Positions 13,306-25,112 of a stretch of DNA of 64,000 bases are shown here, piece by piece; within the stretch, counting starts at the first letter, position 1; each line of letters starts with the position of its first letter. A program made the position numbers and the translations under genes. Below the pieces are notes generated by a model. That model made no database searches. It was not told the origin of the DNA and was given only the letters and a program-made list of their open reading frames with translations. Source of the stretch: Eledone cirrhosa (Eukaryota); NCBI GenBank assembly GCA_964016885.1, contig OZ024762.1, forward strand, positions 24,490,001 to 24,554,000. Direction: 5' to 3'.

Positions 13306-13655
13306 TTAGCAATCCACTCATTAGTGATGGAAGGACCTTTAGCATATTTCATATTTTAACTGTTGGAATGTAAAACTGGGAGGTGGAGGTGGATGGTGTA
13401 GCGGGACAATGGATTGTCTAATTCTGATTGGTTGAAGACAACAGCGTGGAGCTACTGTTGGTCATCAATCATTCCATCCAGGGTGATTATTTATTTATTG
13501 ATTTCGTCATTGATCCTGTATTCTATTCTCAAGGATCATTCATACGTGTATGTATACATACACAGACAGACACCAGACACACTTGTGTGTGTGTGTGTGT
13601 CTGTGTATGTATATATATGTTTGTATGTATGTGTATATATATATATATATATATG

Positions 13656-13686
<31 letters not shown>

Positions 13687-13749
13687 GTAAATATATATAT
13701 GTATATATATGTAAATATATATGTGTATATATATGTATATATATATATG

Positions 13750-13817
<68 letters not shown>

Positions 13818-13843
13818 TGTATGTATATATATATATATGTATG

Positions 13844-13874
<31 letters not shown>

Positions 13875-14185
13875 ATATATATGTATGTATATATGTTTGT
13901 ATGTATATATGTATGTATGTATATATATGCATGTATATGTATGTATATATATATTTGTATATATATATATGTATGTATATGTATGTATATATATATGTAT
14001 GTATATGTATGTATATATATATGTATGTATATATATATATATATGTCTATATATATATATGTATGTATGTATGTCTGTATGTATGTATATATATGTATGT
14101 ATGTATGTCTATATGTATGTATATATTCATATGTATGTATATATGTATATGTATGTATATATAAATATGTGTGTGTATATATATT

Positions 14186-14250
<65 letters not shown>

Positions 14251-14891
14251 ACATGCGTGCATATACACTGAGTTAAATGCTTATCTTGTTTCCAAGAATG
14301 ACAAATTGCTTGTCCACATGGCACCAGTTTTATATAATGATATTAAGTAATAATAATTCTCATCCCAACCATGACCACCACCACCACTACCAACACCGCT
14401 GCAACCGTCATTGTCATGAACATACTCTAACACACACACACACTATACATATACATACTCTAATATATATATATACATATGGTGGCTGCCAACTCGTTTT
14501 CGAGTACGGCCACTACTTTATATCCATGTAGGAGAACCCCTACCGATGCGCTGAACGAGTGTGGCTTTTTAGTCCAGCCAGCGACTTGAAAACTCTGGTA
14601 CAAACACTACACTTGTGACAATTATTGACACATAGTGCTGGGCCCATGGTACCATGTGACGACAAGTGCAGAGAGATCTCCAGATATAAAGCAATGCCTG
14701 TGCCGTGAAGCTTTTATAGTGAGCAAAGGCACTGCACAAAGCCAGTCCCACTCTCTTAACCAAGATGATATTTACCAAAAAGAAGAACAAGTCAACATCA
14801 TTGGATACCATCAGGGTTGCAGGTGTTATATCAGAGTTTTCCTTCTCCTAGAATTCTGCCTTGACAAAGGCTAAGGGGTCATCTCTCCCAG

Positions 14892-14928
<37 letters not shown>

Positions 14929-15774
14929 TGTATAGATGAAAATCACAGTAATACAGAAGACCCGATTTCCCATGGCTACAAGCAGGAGCTGAAGCATGTC
15001 GTCAATATGCACCCACCGCCTCCCACTGCAAAGTGGCTGTGGAGGTGTCACGTCAAAAAAAGCACCCAGTCCACACTGTAAATTGGTCGTGTAGGCGCTA
15101 CAATAAAATAAGCACTCAGCACTCACTGTGAATGAGACTGGTGTTAGGAAGTGCATCCAGCTGTAGAAGTCAAGCCAAAATCAGTTCCCGCTTGAGCAAG
15201 ACAAGGTCAGCTGACCTAGTACTGCCCACAACAGGACAACCCGTCTAACCCATGCTAGCGTCGATGAATGGACGTAAAACGGTGATGATGTGTATCTACT
15301 GTGAGACGGGTTTGGCACAGCCAACTGGCCTGCCCCTCCTCATAACAGAGCCATCTAGTTCCACACTGTAAATGAGGTTAGTGTTAGGAAGGGCATCCAG
15401 CTGTAAAGTACCTGGTCAAATTTACAGTCCTTGTCAGAGCAAAGTATGGCATGGCTAACTCTGGCCAGACTTGCCACCTGATGTGGATGACCGGTCTAAC
15501 CCATGCAAGCATGGAAAAATGGACGCTAAATGGTGGTGATGATGATGGTGATGATGATATACACAGTCATTTATATACAGACGGATGCATACACATTGTT
15601 TGAAATGACTTAGATCGGGCAAGGCAGTAGAATTTATCACCCTTGCTTGATTCTCATCAGTTGAATACCCCTAAAGCTGATCTGCCAACCTGTAAAACCC
15701 CAAATGGGGAGTACCATGGAAAAACGTGCACCAAAACGGGGATAAATGAATCAAAATAGGGATACTGTACATAA

Positions 15775-15964
15775 CTGTTTCTACTTTAGGCACAAGGCCA
15801 GCAATGACCCAGTGCATTACTGGTACTTTATTTTATCGACCCCGTCAGGATGAAAGGCAAAGTAAACCTCGGCGGGATTTGAACTCAGACCGGAAAGGGA
15901 CGTAACTCTATGCATCAAAGCATGGCGTCCAACCCTCTACCGATACTGCCAATCCACCACCCTA
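15775..15964 (-). mobile_element. SINE family A, minus strand
   Basis: 13-bp TSD atactgtacataa at 15762-74 and 15968-80. Confidence 0.88.
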
Positions 15965-16112
15965 TATATACTGTACATAATGAAAGCTATAGCCATTTTC
16001 ACAAGAGAAGACATCTCTCACCCACCCCAAACTGGTGGAGATCTCCCTGTCAGACGGGGAAGAGTTGACAGATCTGCTAAAGAGAGTACCGGTCTCTTAG
16101 GCTGTGAGGCTA

Positions 16113-16179
<67 letters not shown>

Positions 16180-16262
16180 GTGGTAAATTGGTAATGCCAT
16201 TAATATGTTGGATAGAATGTTTGTGGCATTCATTCTTCCAGCCCTCAGCATTCTGAGTTTAA

Positions 16263-16510
16263 CCCTTTTTTTAGCATTTAAACCGGCTATATTTGGCCAG
16301 AATTCTCTGACATCTTTCTGTTCAAATCTGCCACTCATACTGATGTTAAAGTATTATTCTCAAAATAAATTATATCAAAATCTCGTAGATTTGATATTAT
16401 GTAAGATTAAGCCTTTACCACAAAAATACTATAGTATATATAGAATAATGCTTTCTTTATTAACCACAGGGGTTTAGTAGTATATATAGAATAATGTATA
16501 TGCTAAAGGG
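16263..16510. mobile_element. piggyBac-like MITE (about 220-250 bp); other copies at 25937-26145, 35397-35604, 56629-56822, 58402-58570, 61619-62033, 1125-1260
   Basis: TTAA-CCCTTT..AGCATTT ... ATGCTAAAGGG-TTAA termini; TTAA target duplication; shared internal sequence. Confidence 0.8.
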
Positions 16511-16716
16511 TTAAAATGCCCAAGACACATCCTATGTCACTATATTGTTCCTACAACCACATCAGGATTTACAGGTCCAGACACACATATATATATATAT
16601 ATATACATACCCTCGTCCCATCACCCCCACCCCATCCGCACCGCCCTTTTCAATGTAAAGTTATGTTCCAGGCCGAAACAAATGAGATCGTGTAGGTGTC
16701 ACGACAAAAAAACACA

Positions 16717-17150
16717 CAGTCCACGCTGTAATGTGGCCGTGTAGGCAACACGGTAAAAACCTCCCAGCCCCACACTGTAAATGTGGTTGGTGTTAGGAAG
16801 GGCATCCAGCCGTAGAAAACCCGCCAGACAGTCCACGCTGTAATGTGGCCGTGTAGGCAACACGGTAATAGCCTCCCAGCCCCACACTGTAAATGTGGTT
16901 GGTGTTAGGAAGGGCATCCAGCCGTAGAAAACCCGCCAGACAGTCCACGCTGTAATGTGGCGGTGTAGGCAACACGGTAAAAACCTCCCAGTCCCACACT
17001 GTAAATGTGGTTGGTGTTAGGAAGGGCATCCAGCCGTAGAAAACCCGCCAGACAGTCCTATGCGAGCAAGACAACCACTCTTGCCTCAAGTGGGAAAACT
17101 CCCGTCCAGACCCATGCAAGCGTGGAACATGGACATTAAACGATGATGAT
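16717..17150 (+). repeat. Three tandem 112-bp copies of a SINE-B/RTE-tail segment plus terminal tail; related 48-bp x5 array at 55876-56130
   Basis: cagtccacgctg... units start at 16717, 16829 and 16941. Confidence 0.88.
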
Positions 17151-17448
17151 GATATATATATATATACATACATACAGGCACACATGTATATATACATATA
17201 TGTCTAGGACGGGTAAAATTCCAGAGATCCATGGATGAGTTCTCTCCAGCGGTCTCTGTCCCTCATTATCGGTGCCATGTCCTGCGTTGCCAACAGACCA
17301 GTGTCTGTCCTTAGGACATCAACATACGTTAACCTCGGTCTTCCTCTGCCAGTGTGTAATGCACTGGGGTTAACAGAAATAACAACACAATCGAAACAGT
17401 ATATGGAAGGGATATATTAGTTTAACACTTGAAATAGCAGGAAGAGGG

Positions 17449-17484
17449 TCTTAACGTTTCAGACGCTAGTCCTTCATCAGAAGA
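17449..17484 (-). ncRNA. Minimal type I hammerhead ribozyme motif
   Basis: Reverse complement TCTT-CTGATGA-A-GGAC tagc GTCT-GAAA-CG-TT-AAGA; palindromic AACGTT stem III. Confidence 0.72.
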
Positions 17485-17874
17485 AAGAAAGAGAAATTAC
17501 CCCACCATATCTGTATGCGTGTGTATACATCATACACACACATTCAAAACAAAGTATAAATCTCTAACTCTCGTCTGTGACATACACACACACATGTGAC
17601 TAATTCTTGATAGCCAAAATATTGTACCAGTCATAACCTCATATCACCTCTGTCATATATTATTTGTTGTTCGTAAATTGTTATATATTGATACATATTG
17701 ATTGATTTACACTTGTTGATATATTGATTTGTTGTATTAAAAACAAAACAAAACAAAAAAAAACTAAAAACAAAACAATTATATATTTGAGAATCCCTAG
17801 ACAAATTCTTCAGGATTTCTCCCAGAAATGTTCAAAGAAATTGAATCTCAGCTCCTTATCTATTTCATACTTAT

Positions 17875-18420
17875 TCGGTAGAGCGTCAGACACCATGCTT
17901 TGCAGCATAGAGTCGTGGCCCTTTACTTTCTGAGTTTCAAATCCGCCGAGGTTTAACTTTGCCTTTCATCCTTACGGGGTCGATAAAATAAAGTACCAGT
18001 AATGCACTGGTAATTGCTGGCCTTGTGCCAAAAATAGAAACAATTATTATTATTAGGGCAGTGGATTGGCAGTATCAGTAGAGGGTCGGACGCCATGCTT
18101 TGCAGCATATAGTTATGCCCCTTTATGGTCTGAGTTCAAATCCCGCCAAAGTTAACTTTGCCTTTCATCCTTATGGGGTTGATAAAATAAAGTACCAGTA
18201 ATGCACTGGGATAATTTCTGGCCTTGTGCCAAAAGTAGAAACAATTATTATTGTTACGGATGGGAGATTGGCAGTATTGATAGCGTATTGGACAATGTTT
18301 CACGGCATAGAGTTATGGCCCTTTATGTTTTCATTTCAAAACCTGCCAAAGTTAGCTTTGTCTTTCATGCTTACGGGGTCGATAAAATAAAGCACCAGTA
18401 ATGCACTGGGGTCGATTTAC
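17875..18420 (+). mobile_element. Cluster of three head-to-tail SINE family A copies
   Basis: Repeated SINE body separated by short (TTA)n. Confidence 0.85.
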
Positions 18421-19255
18421 TCATTATCAATGACTGAATTGTAATTGAAGATGACTAAATTGACGTTTAATGACAGATTTGACATTTAGTGATTGATAAT
18501 TTGACGAAATGGACATCAATAAGGACTACTGATTTGAAAGGAGGAATTCCCTGTAAATAATCTTGCAGAATCTTTTCCAATTACAAGGCTGAGGGTAATG
18601 AGTTGATGTTCATTTGGGAAATTTCTCTGGGTAATGATTTCTAGTATAGAGACATGGCCACTAATTTGGGGGAGGGGAAAGTCGATTAAATCAACACCAG
18701 TATATTACTGGTACTTTATCATCGGCGGGATTTGAACTTTGAAGATAAAGGGCTGTAACTCTATGCTGCAAAGCATGGCGCCCGACCCTCTAATGATTCT
18801 GCCAATCCACCGTCCTTCTCTGGATAAATAATAAGATCAATGACTGAAATTTCAAATTCATAATTAATTAAAATAATAATTATAATTATCTCCCCTTTCC
18901 CACCATTTTTATTATTTACCCATGTCAATCAAGAGAGTTACGAGACACCAACCAATCGAAATATGTATCAAATGAATATTTCTTTGAAAATTTCTGGGAA
19001 TTCCTGTTAGAATCCAAACATAAATTGCACACCCTTCCCCCACACATTCTTCATTAGGAATGTCATGAAAAAATAAACAATGAAAAAGAAAAAAAAAAGA
19101 AAAAGAAAAGGAAAAGCAAATTAAGGCAATAGAAAACAAACAAAAAATATTTTAATACATCTGTGTGTGGGGTGTGCCATTCTCCCCTCCCTCTCTCTTT
19201 GTCTCTTCCTCTTTCTCTCTCTTTTTCACTTGCTGTCTTACTCTTTCCCTCTCTC

Positions 19256-19353
<98 letters not shown>

Positions 19354-19854
19354 ATCTCTCCCCCCCCCAATCTCTCTCTGGTGTCTATTCTCCCCCACCC
19401 CAGCCCCTTCTATATTGTATATTGGATTTTTCTTTCTACCATTTTTGTTTATCTAAACATTCTAAGTTGAGAATAGCTAGAACAATAACTACCACTAGCG
19501 CCACCATTAGCAATAACACCACCACCAACACCATTAACAATAACACCAACAACAACCACAATAACACCACCACCACCACCATTAACAATAATAATACTAC
19601 CACCAAACACCGTCACCACATCCAACAATAACATTAACTTTAGACTAAACAAGTTTATATCATAAGACCAAAGGCACTTTCAGAGGGGTTTGGTATTGAA
19701 AGGGTTTTAAAAATAAAGGAGCTTTTGGAAAATGTGGACTTGTCTTCCCATTACATTGGTAAAAGATGAGATGCTTGAAATATAAGACTTACCTTTGCAT
19801 AAACAACTTTCATATTTAACTCTTTTGTTACCAAACTACCAGAAACCACTCCTA

Positions 19855-20368
19855 TAAGGGTCCTTATCATTCCCTCCCCCTACCCCAAAAGAAAATCTCC
19901 TATGACATACAAGCTTGTAGAAAGCTAGTTAACCTTTCATAAGTGCGAGCTGTAACTACATGATAGGACTGGGGTCCCTATCATTAAATCACCCAACAGC
20001 CCTCCTATGAAATACAACTTCGTAAGAGGTCAACTAACCTTGCATAAGTGGGAGCTGTAACTACATGATAGGACTGGGGTCCCTATCATTAAATCGCCCA
20101 ACAGCCCTCCTATGAAATAGAACCTCATGGAAGGCCAGCTAACCTTGTATAAAGGGGAGCTGTAACTACATGATAGGACTGAGGGATCTCTATTGTTAAA
20201 TCACCCAACAGCCCTCCTATGAAATAGAACCTCGTGGAAGGCCAGCTAACCTTGTATAAAGTGGAGCTGTAACTAAATGATAGAACTAGTGGGTCCCTAT
20301 CATTAAAACATCCCAGAAACCTCCTATGAAATGCAATCTCATAGGGGGCCCAGTTAACCTTGCATAGT
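19855..20368. repeat. About 105-bp tandem repeat, nearly 5 copies
   Basis: acagccctcctatgaaata recurs at 19996, 20101 and 20208. Confidence 0.85.
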
Positions 20369-20771
20369 TGTAATAACAATAATAATCATGACTGCATTGG
20401 AATTCAACCTCAATAGGCCCCTTCAAACATCCCCTACCACACTAATCGGTACAACCCTGTGCAGATAGCAATTACAGAGGGGTGGCTTGAAATGTAAATT
20501 GACTTGGGACATCACTATGTAATTAAATTAATTTTTAGTTATATAAAATTTTAAATGTTGAATTTGTCAGTTCTCTTAAACACCTACCTCTTTAATCCCA
20601 GTCTCTCTCCCTCTCTCTCTCTCTCTCGTTCGTTCCTTTCTTTCTCTCTCTCTCTCTTTACTCTCTCTCCCGTTCCCAAATCACACCTAAAAACACACAA
20701 ACACACTGACACTCCTGTGTTAATACATATATTAAACTTTATCATCATCATAGGCCTGTTTTTCCATGTTG

Positions 20772-20802
<31 letters not shown>

Positions 20803-20812
20803 TAAATATATA

Positions 20813-20843
<31 letters not shown>

Positions 20844-20899
20844 TTCGTTTCTGAATTTGTTTAGCAAGATTCTTTATCTGAAAACGTGTGTTGAAACCG

Positions 20900-21498
20900 A
20901 TATTGTTATACTTTGGGAGGGTCATGTTGCCAATAAGAAACACACGCACCAGCTGCTTTCACTTCAATTTATTATAAATTAAATTATAAGTTTAAGAAAT
21001 TTATAAATTTCCGGATGGTTGGTTGGTTGGTTCCACAACCGGACGGTTGTTCATATATTGTCCAAGTTCTTTTATCACACATTCTGTGACCTCATCAGTG
21101 ACCGGACATTCATTTCTTTGTTTTGTGCCTCTTTTTTGTTCTGTCCTATGCCATCTTGTTTTTGTGTGCGTTGTGTGCTTAGTTTGCACATCTGTTACAT
21201 CTGGATGTCTGTGTGTGTTTTTATTACACAGACACCCGGATGTAACACATACACACACTAAGCACACAACACACACAAAAACAAGATGGCATAGGACAGA
21301 ACAAAGGAGAGGCACAAAACAAAGAAAAGAATCCCCGGTCACTGATGAGGTCACAGAATGTGTAACGAAAGAACTTTGACAATATATGAACAACCGTCCG
21401 GTTGTGGAACCAACCAACCAACCGGAAATTTATAATAAATTGGAGTGAAACAACTGGTGCATGTGTTTCTTATTGGCAACATAACCCTGCCAAAGTAT

Positions 21499-21506
<8 letters not shown>
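20900..21506. repeat. Long inverted repeat (arms about 300 bp, loop about 11 nt) between (TA)n tracts
   Basis: Mirror-image ORFs 21023+ and 21001- in the ORF track; direct complementarity of arms. Confidence 0.92.
21338..21380 (+). ncRNA. Minimal type I hammerhead ribozyme motif within long inverted repeat
   Basis: GTCA-CTGATGA-GGTCACA gaa TGTGTAAC-GAAA-GAAC-TT-TGAC; the antisense partner near 21060-21102 has GAAA mutated to AAAA. Confidence 0.62.
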
Positions 21507-21574
<68 letters not shown>

Positions 21575-21907
21575 CATATGTACATACCCACACTTACACA
21601 CCCTCTCACATACTCGTGTCTACTTATAAATCATGATATGGCAATATATATGGTGGTGTTATTGATGTTATATATACATATATATATTTTAAACAATTAT
21701 TTTTGTAAAACCACAAATAGGGAAAAAAAAAGGAAAAAAAGAATTATAAAACTAGATAAATTAAAAAAAAAAAAATCTTTTCTGATAAGTATATAAAACC
21801 ATGTGAAACATCCCCTTCTGAAAATTTTCTCTTTAAAACATAAACACCAGCACCACATTTTGCACGATTTTAATGCATGCTTGACTTATTGCTATTATCA
21901 GTATTAC

Positions 21908-21947
<40 letters not shown>

Positions 21948-21967
21948 GTCATCATCATCATCGTATA

Positions 21968-22026
<59 letters not shown>

Positions 22027-22035
22027 TTTACCACA

Positions 22036-22532
22036 TGGCGGTGGATTGGCAGAATCGTTAGGGGGTTGGAAAAGTACATACACGTGTTTTTTTCCCAGCT
22101 CTTTACATTCTGAGGTCAAATGCCGCTGAGGTCAACTTTGCCTTTCATCCCTTCGGGGGTCGATAAAATAAAGTACCAGTAATACACTGGGGTCAATTTA
22201 ATCGATTTTTTTTTTTCCTTTTCCCCTAAAATTGCTGGCCTTTTTTTCCAAAATTAGAAATCATTATATTTATTCTTCTTCTTCTTATTATTATTATAGG
22301 GCGGTGGATTGGTATTAATCGGTAGAGCATCGGACAACATGCTTAGCCACATAGAGTTACGGCCCTTTATGTTCTGTGTTCAAACGCTCGCCTAAGGTTT
22401 ACCTTTACCTTTCATCCTTACATGGTTGATAAAATAAAGTACCAGTAATGCACTGGGGTCGATTTAAATTGACTTTTCCTACCCACTTTTCCCCCTTTCC
22501 AAAATTGCTGGCCTTGTGCCAAATCAAGAAAC

Positions 22533-22574
<42 letters not shown>

Positions 22575-23178
22575 CAAGGGCGGTGAATTAGAGGGTTTTA
22601 CGCCCTGCTTTCTAGCATAGTTACGTCCCTTCACGGTTTGAGTTCAAATCCCGCCGAGGTTAACTTTGCCTTTCATCCTTACGGGGTCGATAAAATAAAG
22701 TACCAGTAATGTACTGGGTAATTGCTGGCCTTGTGCCTAAAGTAGAAACAATTATTATTATTATTATTATGGGCAGCATCAGTAGAGCGTTGGTCACTAT
22801 GCTTTGCAGCATAGAGTTATGGCCCTTTAACGAACTACTGTTCAAACCCCGCTGAGGTTAACTTTGCCACAAAATTTGGTGGCCTTGTGCCCCAAAATGT
22901 AGAAACAATTATTATTATAATTATTATTTGGATTGGCAGTATCGGTAGAGTGTCAGACGCTGTGCTTTGCAGCATAGAGTTACGCCCCTTTACAGTTCTG
23001 TTCTTTAACCCCCCCCCCCCCCCCCCCCCGCCGCCGCCGCTGAGGTTAACTTTGCCTTTTATATGTACATTGGGCGATAAAATAAATCGTCTTTAAATTG
23101 ACTTTCCTTCCCGCCCCCGCCCGCCCGTCCCTCTTTCTTTTCAAAATTGCTGGCCTTGTGCCCCAAAATGTAGAAATA
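22036..23178 (+). mobile_element. Cluster of about 5 head-to-tail SINE family A copies/fragments immediately upstream of the RRM exon
   Basis: Repeated SINE bodies separated by (TTA)n. Confidence 0.88.
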
Positions 23179-23256
23179 TTATTATTATTATCATTATTAT
23201 TATCATTACTATTATTATTACTATTATTATTACTACTATTATTATTATTTTCCTCG

Positions 23257-23262
23257 TGCATG
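23257..23262 (+). promoter_or_regulatory. UGCAUG RBFOX-binding element abutting the 3' splice site of the RRM exon
   Basis: tcgTGCATGcag|GGA: the element ends immediately before the acceptor CAG. Confidence 0.75.
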
Positions 23263-23265
23263 CAG

Positions 23266-23358
23266 GGATTTGGTTTTGTAACTTTCCAAAATAGCGCTGA
23301 TGCAGACCGAGCACGTGAAAAGCTGAACGGAACTGTGGTTGAGGGACGAAAAATTGAG
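23266..23358 (+). CDS. RBFOX: RBFOX/Fox-1 family RNA-binding protein, 93-nt exon encoding second half of RRM ([31 protein letters not shown])
   Basis: AG at 23264-65 and GT at 23359-60; phase 0/0; translation nearly identical to the RBFOX RRM (RNP1 GFGFVTF ... [10 protein letters not shown]); same 93-nt length as the vertebrate exon. Confidence 0.97.
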
Positions 23359-23359
23359 G

Positions 23360-23365
23360 TGCATG
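23360..23365 (+). promoter_or_regulatory. UGCAUG RBFOX-binding element overlapping the 5' splice site of the RRM exon
   Basis: GAG|gTGCATG: the element occupies donor positions +2 to +7. Confidence 0.8.
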
Positions 23366-23757
23366 GTTCGCTTCTCAGCTGTGGTGCTTGCAACTACACT
23401 GAAAGCCATTTTTTTCCTTTCTCTTTTCGTCTTCTTCTTCTTCCTTGTCTTCTTCGTCTTCTTTGTCCTCCTCCTCCTTCTACTACTACTTTTTTTAAAA
23501 AATCCTTCATATATCTTCTTTCTTTCTATGTGTTATTTTTTTTAAAAATCTATCTGTCTGTCTGTTTGTCGTTTTTTTTTTTATCATACATGCACATACA
23601 CACATACACACATGTATATATATATGTATAAATATATATATATATTTATATTTATATATATGCAAGTATATATATGTATAAATATATATATATATATATA
23701 TATAGATATATGCAAATATATCTATATATATATATATATATATGCAAATATATCTAT

Positions 23758-23813
<56 letters not shown>

Positions 23814-23836
23814 GAATATCTATGTATATGTATATA

Positions 23837-23941
23837 CAGGGTGTCCCCCCCCAAAAAAAAATATATACATACTTTGATTACCTGTACAGGCAATATTTAT
23901 TAGACTGCTGTTGAAGTGTGTATACATTTTTGGGGACACTG
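23837..23941. mobile_element. Tc1/mariner-like MITE (about 100 bp); second copy 46017-46107
   Basis: TA-CAGGGTGTCCCC ... GGGGACACTG-TA; shared core actttgattacctgt. Confidence 0.7.
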
Positions 23942-24007
23942 TATATATAATTATATATATATATATATATATTCATAATTATCATTGCTATTAATAATAT
24001 ATGTATA

Positions 24008-24049
<42 letters not shown>

Positions 24050-24377
24050 GTGTGTGTATGAATGTATACATATGTATACATAAACATAAACTTTACACAT
24101 ACTATATGCACAGTGATATGTATTTATGTGTGTGTATTTATATGTATATATATATACACATATATATACACATATATATACACATCTCTATATCCGTACA
24201 TATAAATATTTCAATGTGGATATGTGTGTGTATGTATATGTGTTTGTATATATACACGTGTGTTATGTATATATATGTGTGTCTATCCAAAATTTTTTCT
24301 AATTGTTGTATAAAGTTGTACCCTTTTAATTTTTTATTTAAATATTTATTCTCTAGAATAACATTAGCAAAAATAAC

Positions 24378-24540
24378 TGTTTCTACTTTAGGCACAAGGC
24401 CAGCAATTACCCAGTGCATTACTGGTACTTTATTTTATCGACCCCGTAAGGATGAAAGGCAAAGTCAACCTCGGCGACATTTGAACTCAGATCATAAAGG
24501 GACGTAACTATGCTGGAAAGCATGGCGTCCGACCCTCTAA
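24378..24540 (-). mobile_element. SINE family A, minus strand
   Basis: Near-perfect reverse complement of the copy at 22589-22750. Confidence 0.9.
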
Positions 24541-24663
24541 ATAATTAAAAACCAGTAATATTCTGGGGTACAATCTCCTCTAGTAGAAAATTCTGACCTT
24601 GTGTCACAGGGGTTAACCATGATCAGCTAGGTTGTTCTCCCAGAGTGTGGCCCTTCCATTGCA

Positions 24664-25112
24664 AGGGCCGTGGATTGGCAGAATCGGTAGAGCGTCAGAC
24701 ACCATGCTTTGCAGCATAGAGTTATGGCTCTTTACATTCTGAGTTAAAATCCTGCCGGTTAGCTTTGCCTTTCATCCTTACGGGGATGATAAAATAAAGT
24801 ACCAGTCATACACTGGGGTTGACTTAATCGACTTTCTCCTCCTCCCCATCAGAATGTTGGCCTTGTGCCTAAAGTAAAAACTATTATTAGAAAAGGTTGA
24901 TTGGCAGAATTGGTAGATCGTCGGACATGCTTTGTAGCATAGAGTTGTGTCTCTTTACACTCTGAGTTCAAATGCTGTCGAGTTTAGATTTGCTTTTCCT
25001 CCTTACAGGATCAATAATATAAAGTACCAGTCACACACTGGGGTCGATTTAATCGACCCCCCCCCCCCCCAAAAAAAAAAATTGCTGGCCTTGTGCCTAA
25101 GATAGAACAATT
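24664..25112 (+). mobile_element. Two tandem SINE family A copies
   Basis: A/B boxes and core motif repeated. Confidence 0.85.

Noticed and set aside
13414-14276. Long YI/IY-rich ORFs here and throughout the window
   Set aside because: Translations of (TA)n/(TATG)n microsatellites
15620-15660. Minus-strand CTGATGA as a further hammerhead
   Set aside because: No correctly placed GAAA or stem I
21001-21421. Paired sense/antisense ORFs with near-identical peptides (also 33165/33224)
   Set aside because: Consequence of inverted repeats; no recognisable protein domain
23098-23631. 177-aa ORF containing the RRM fragment as a single-exon gene
   Set aside because: Only 23266-23358 is RBFOX-like and it has canonical splice sites; the flanks are SINE and (TTA)n read-through
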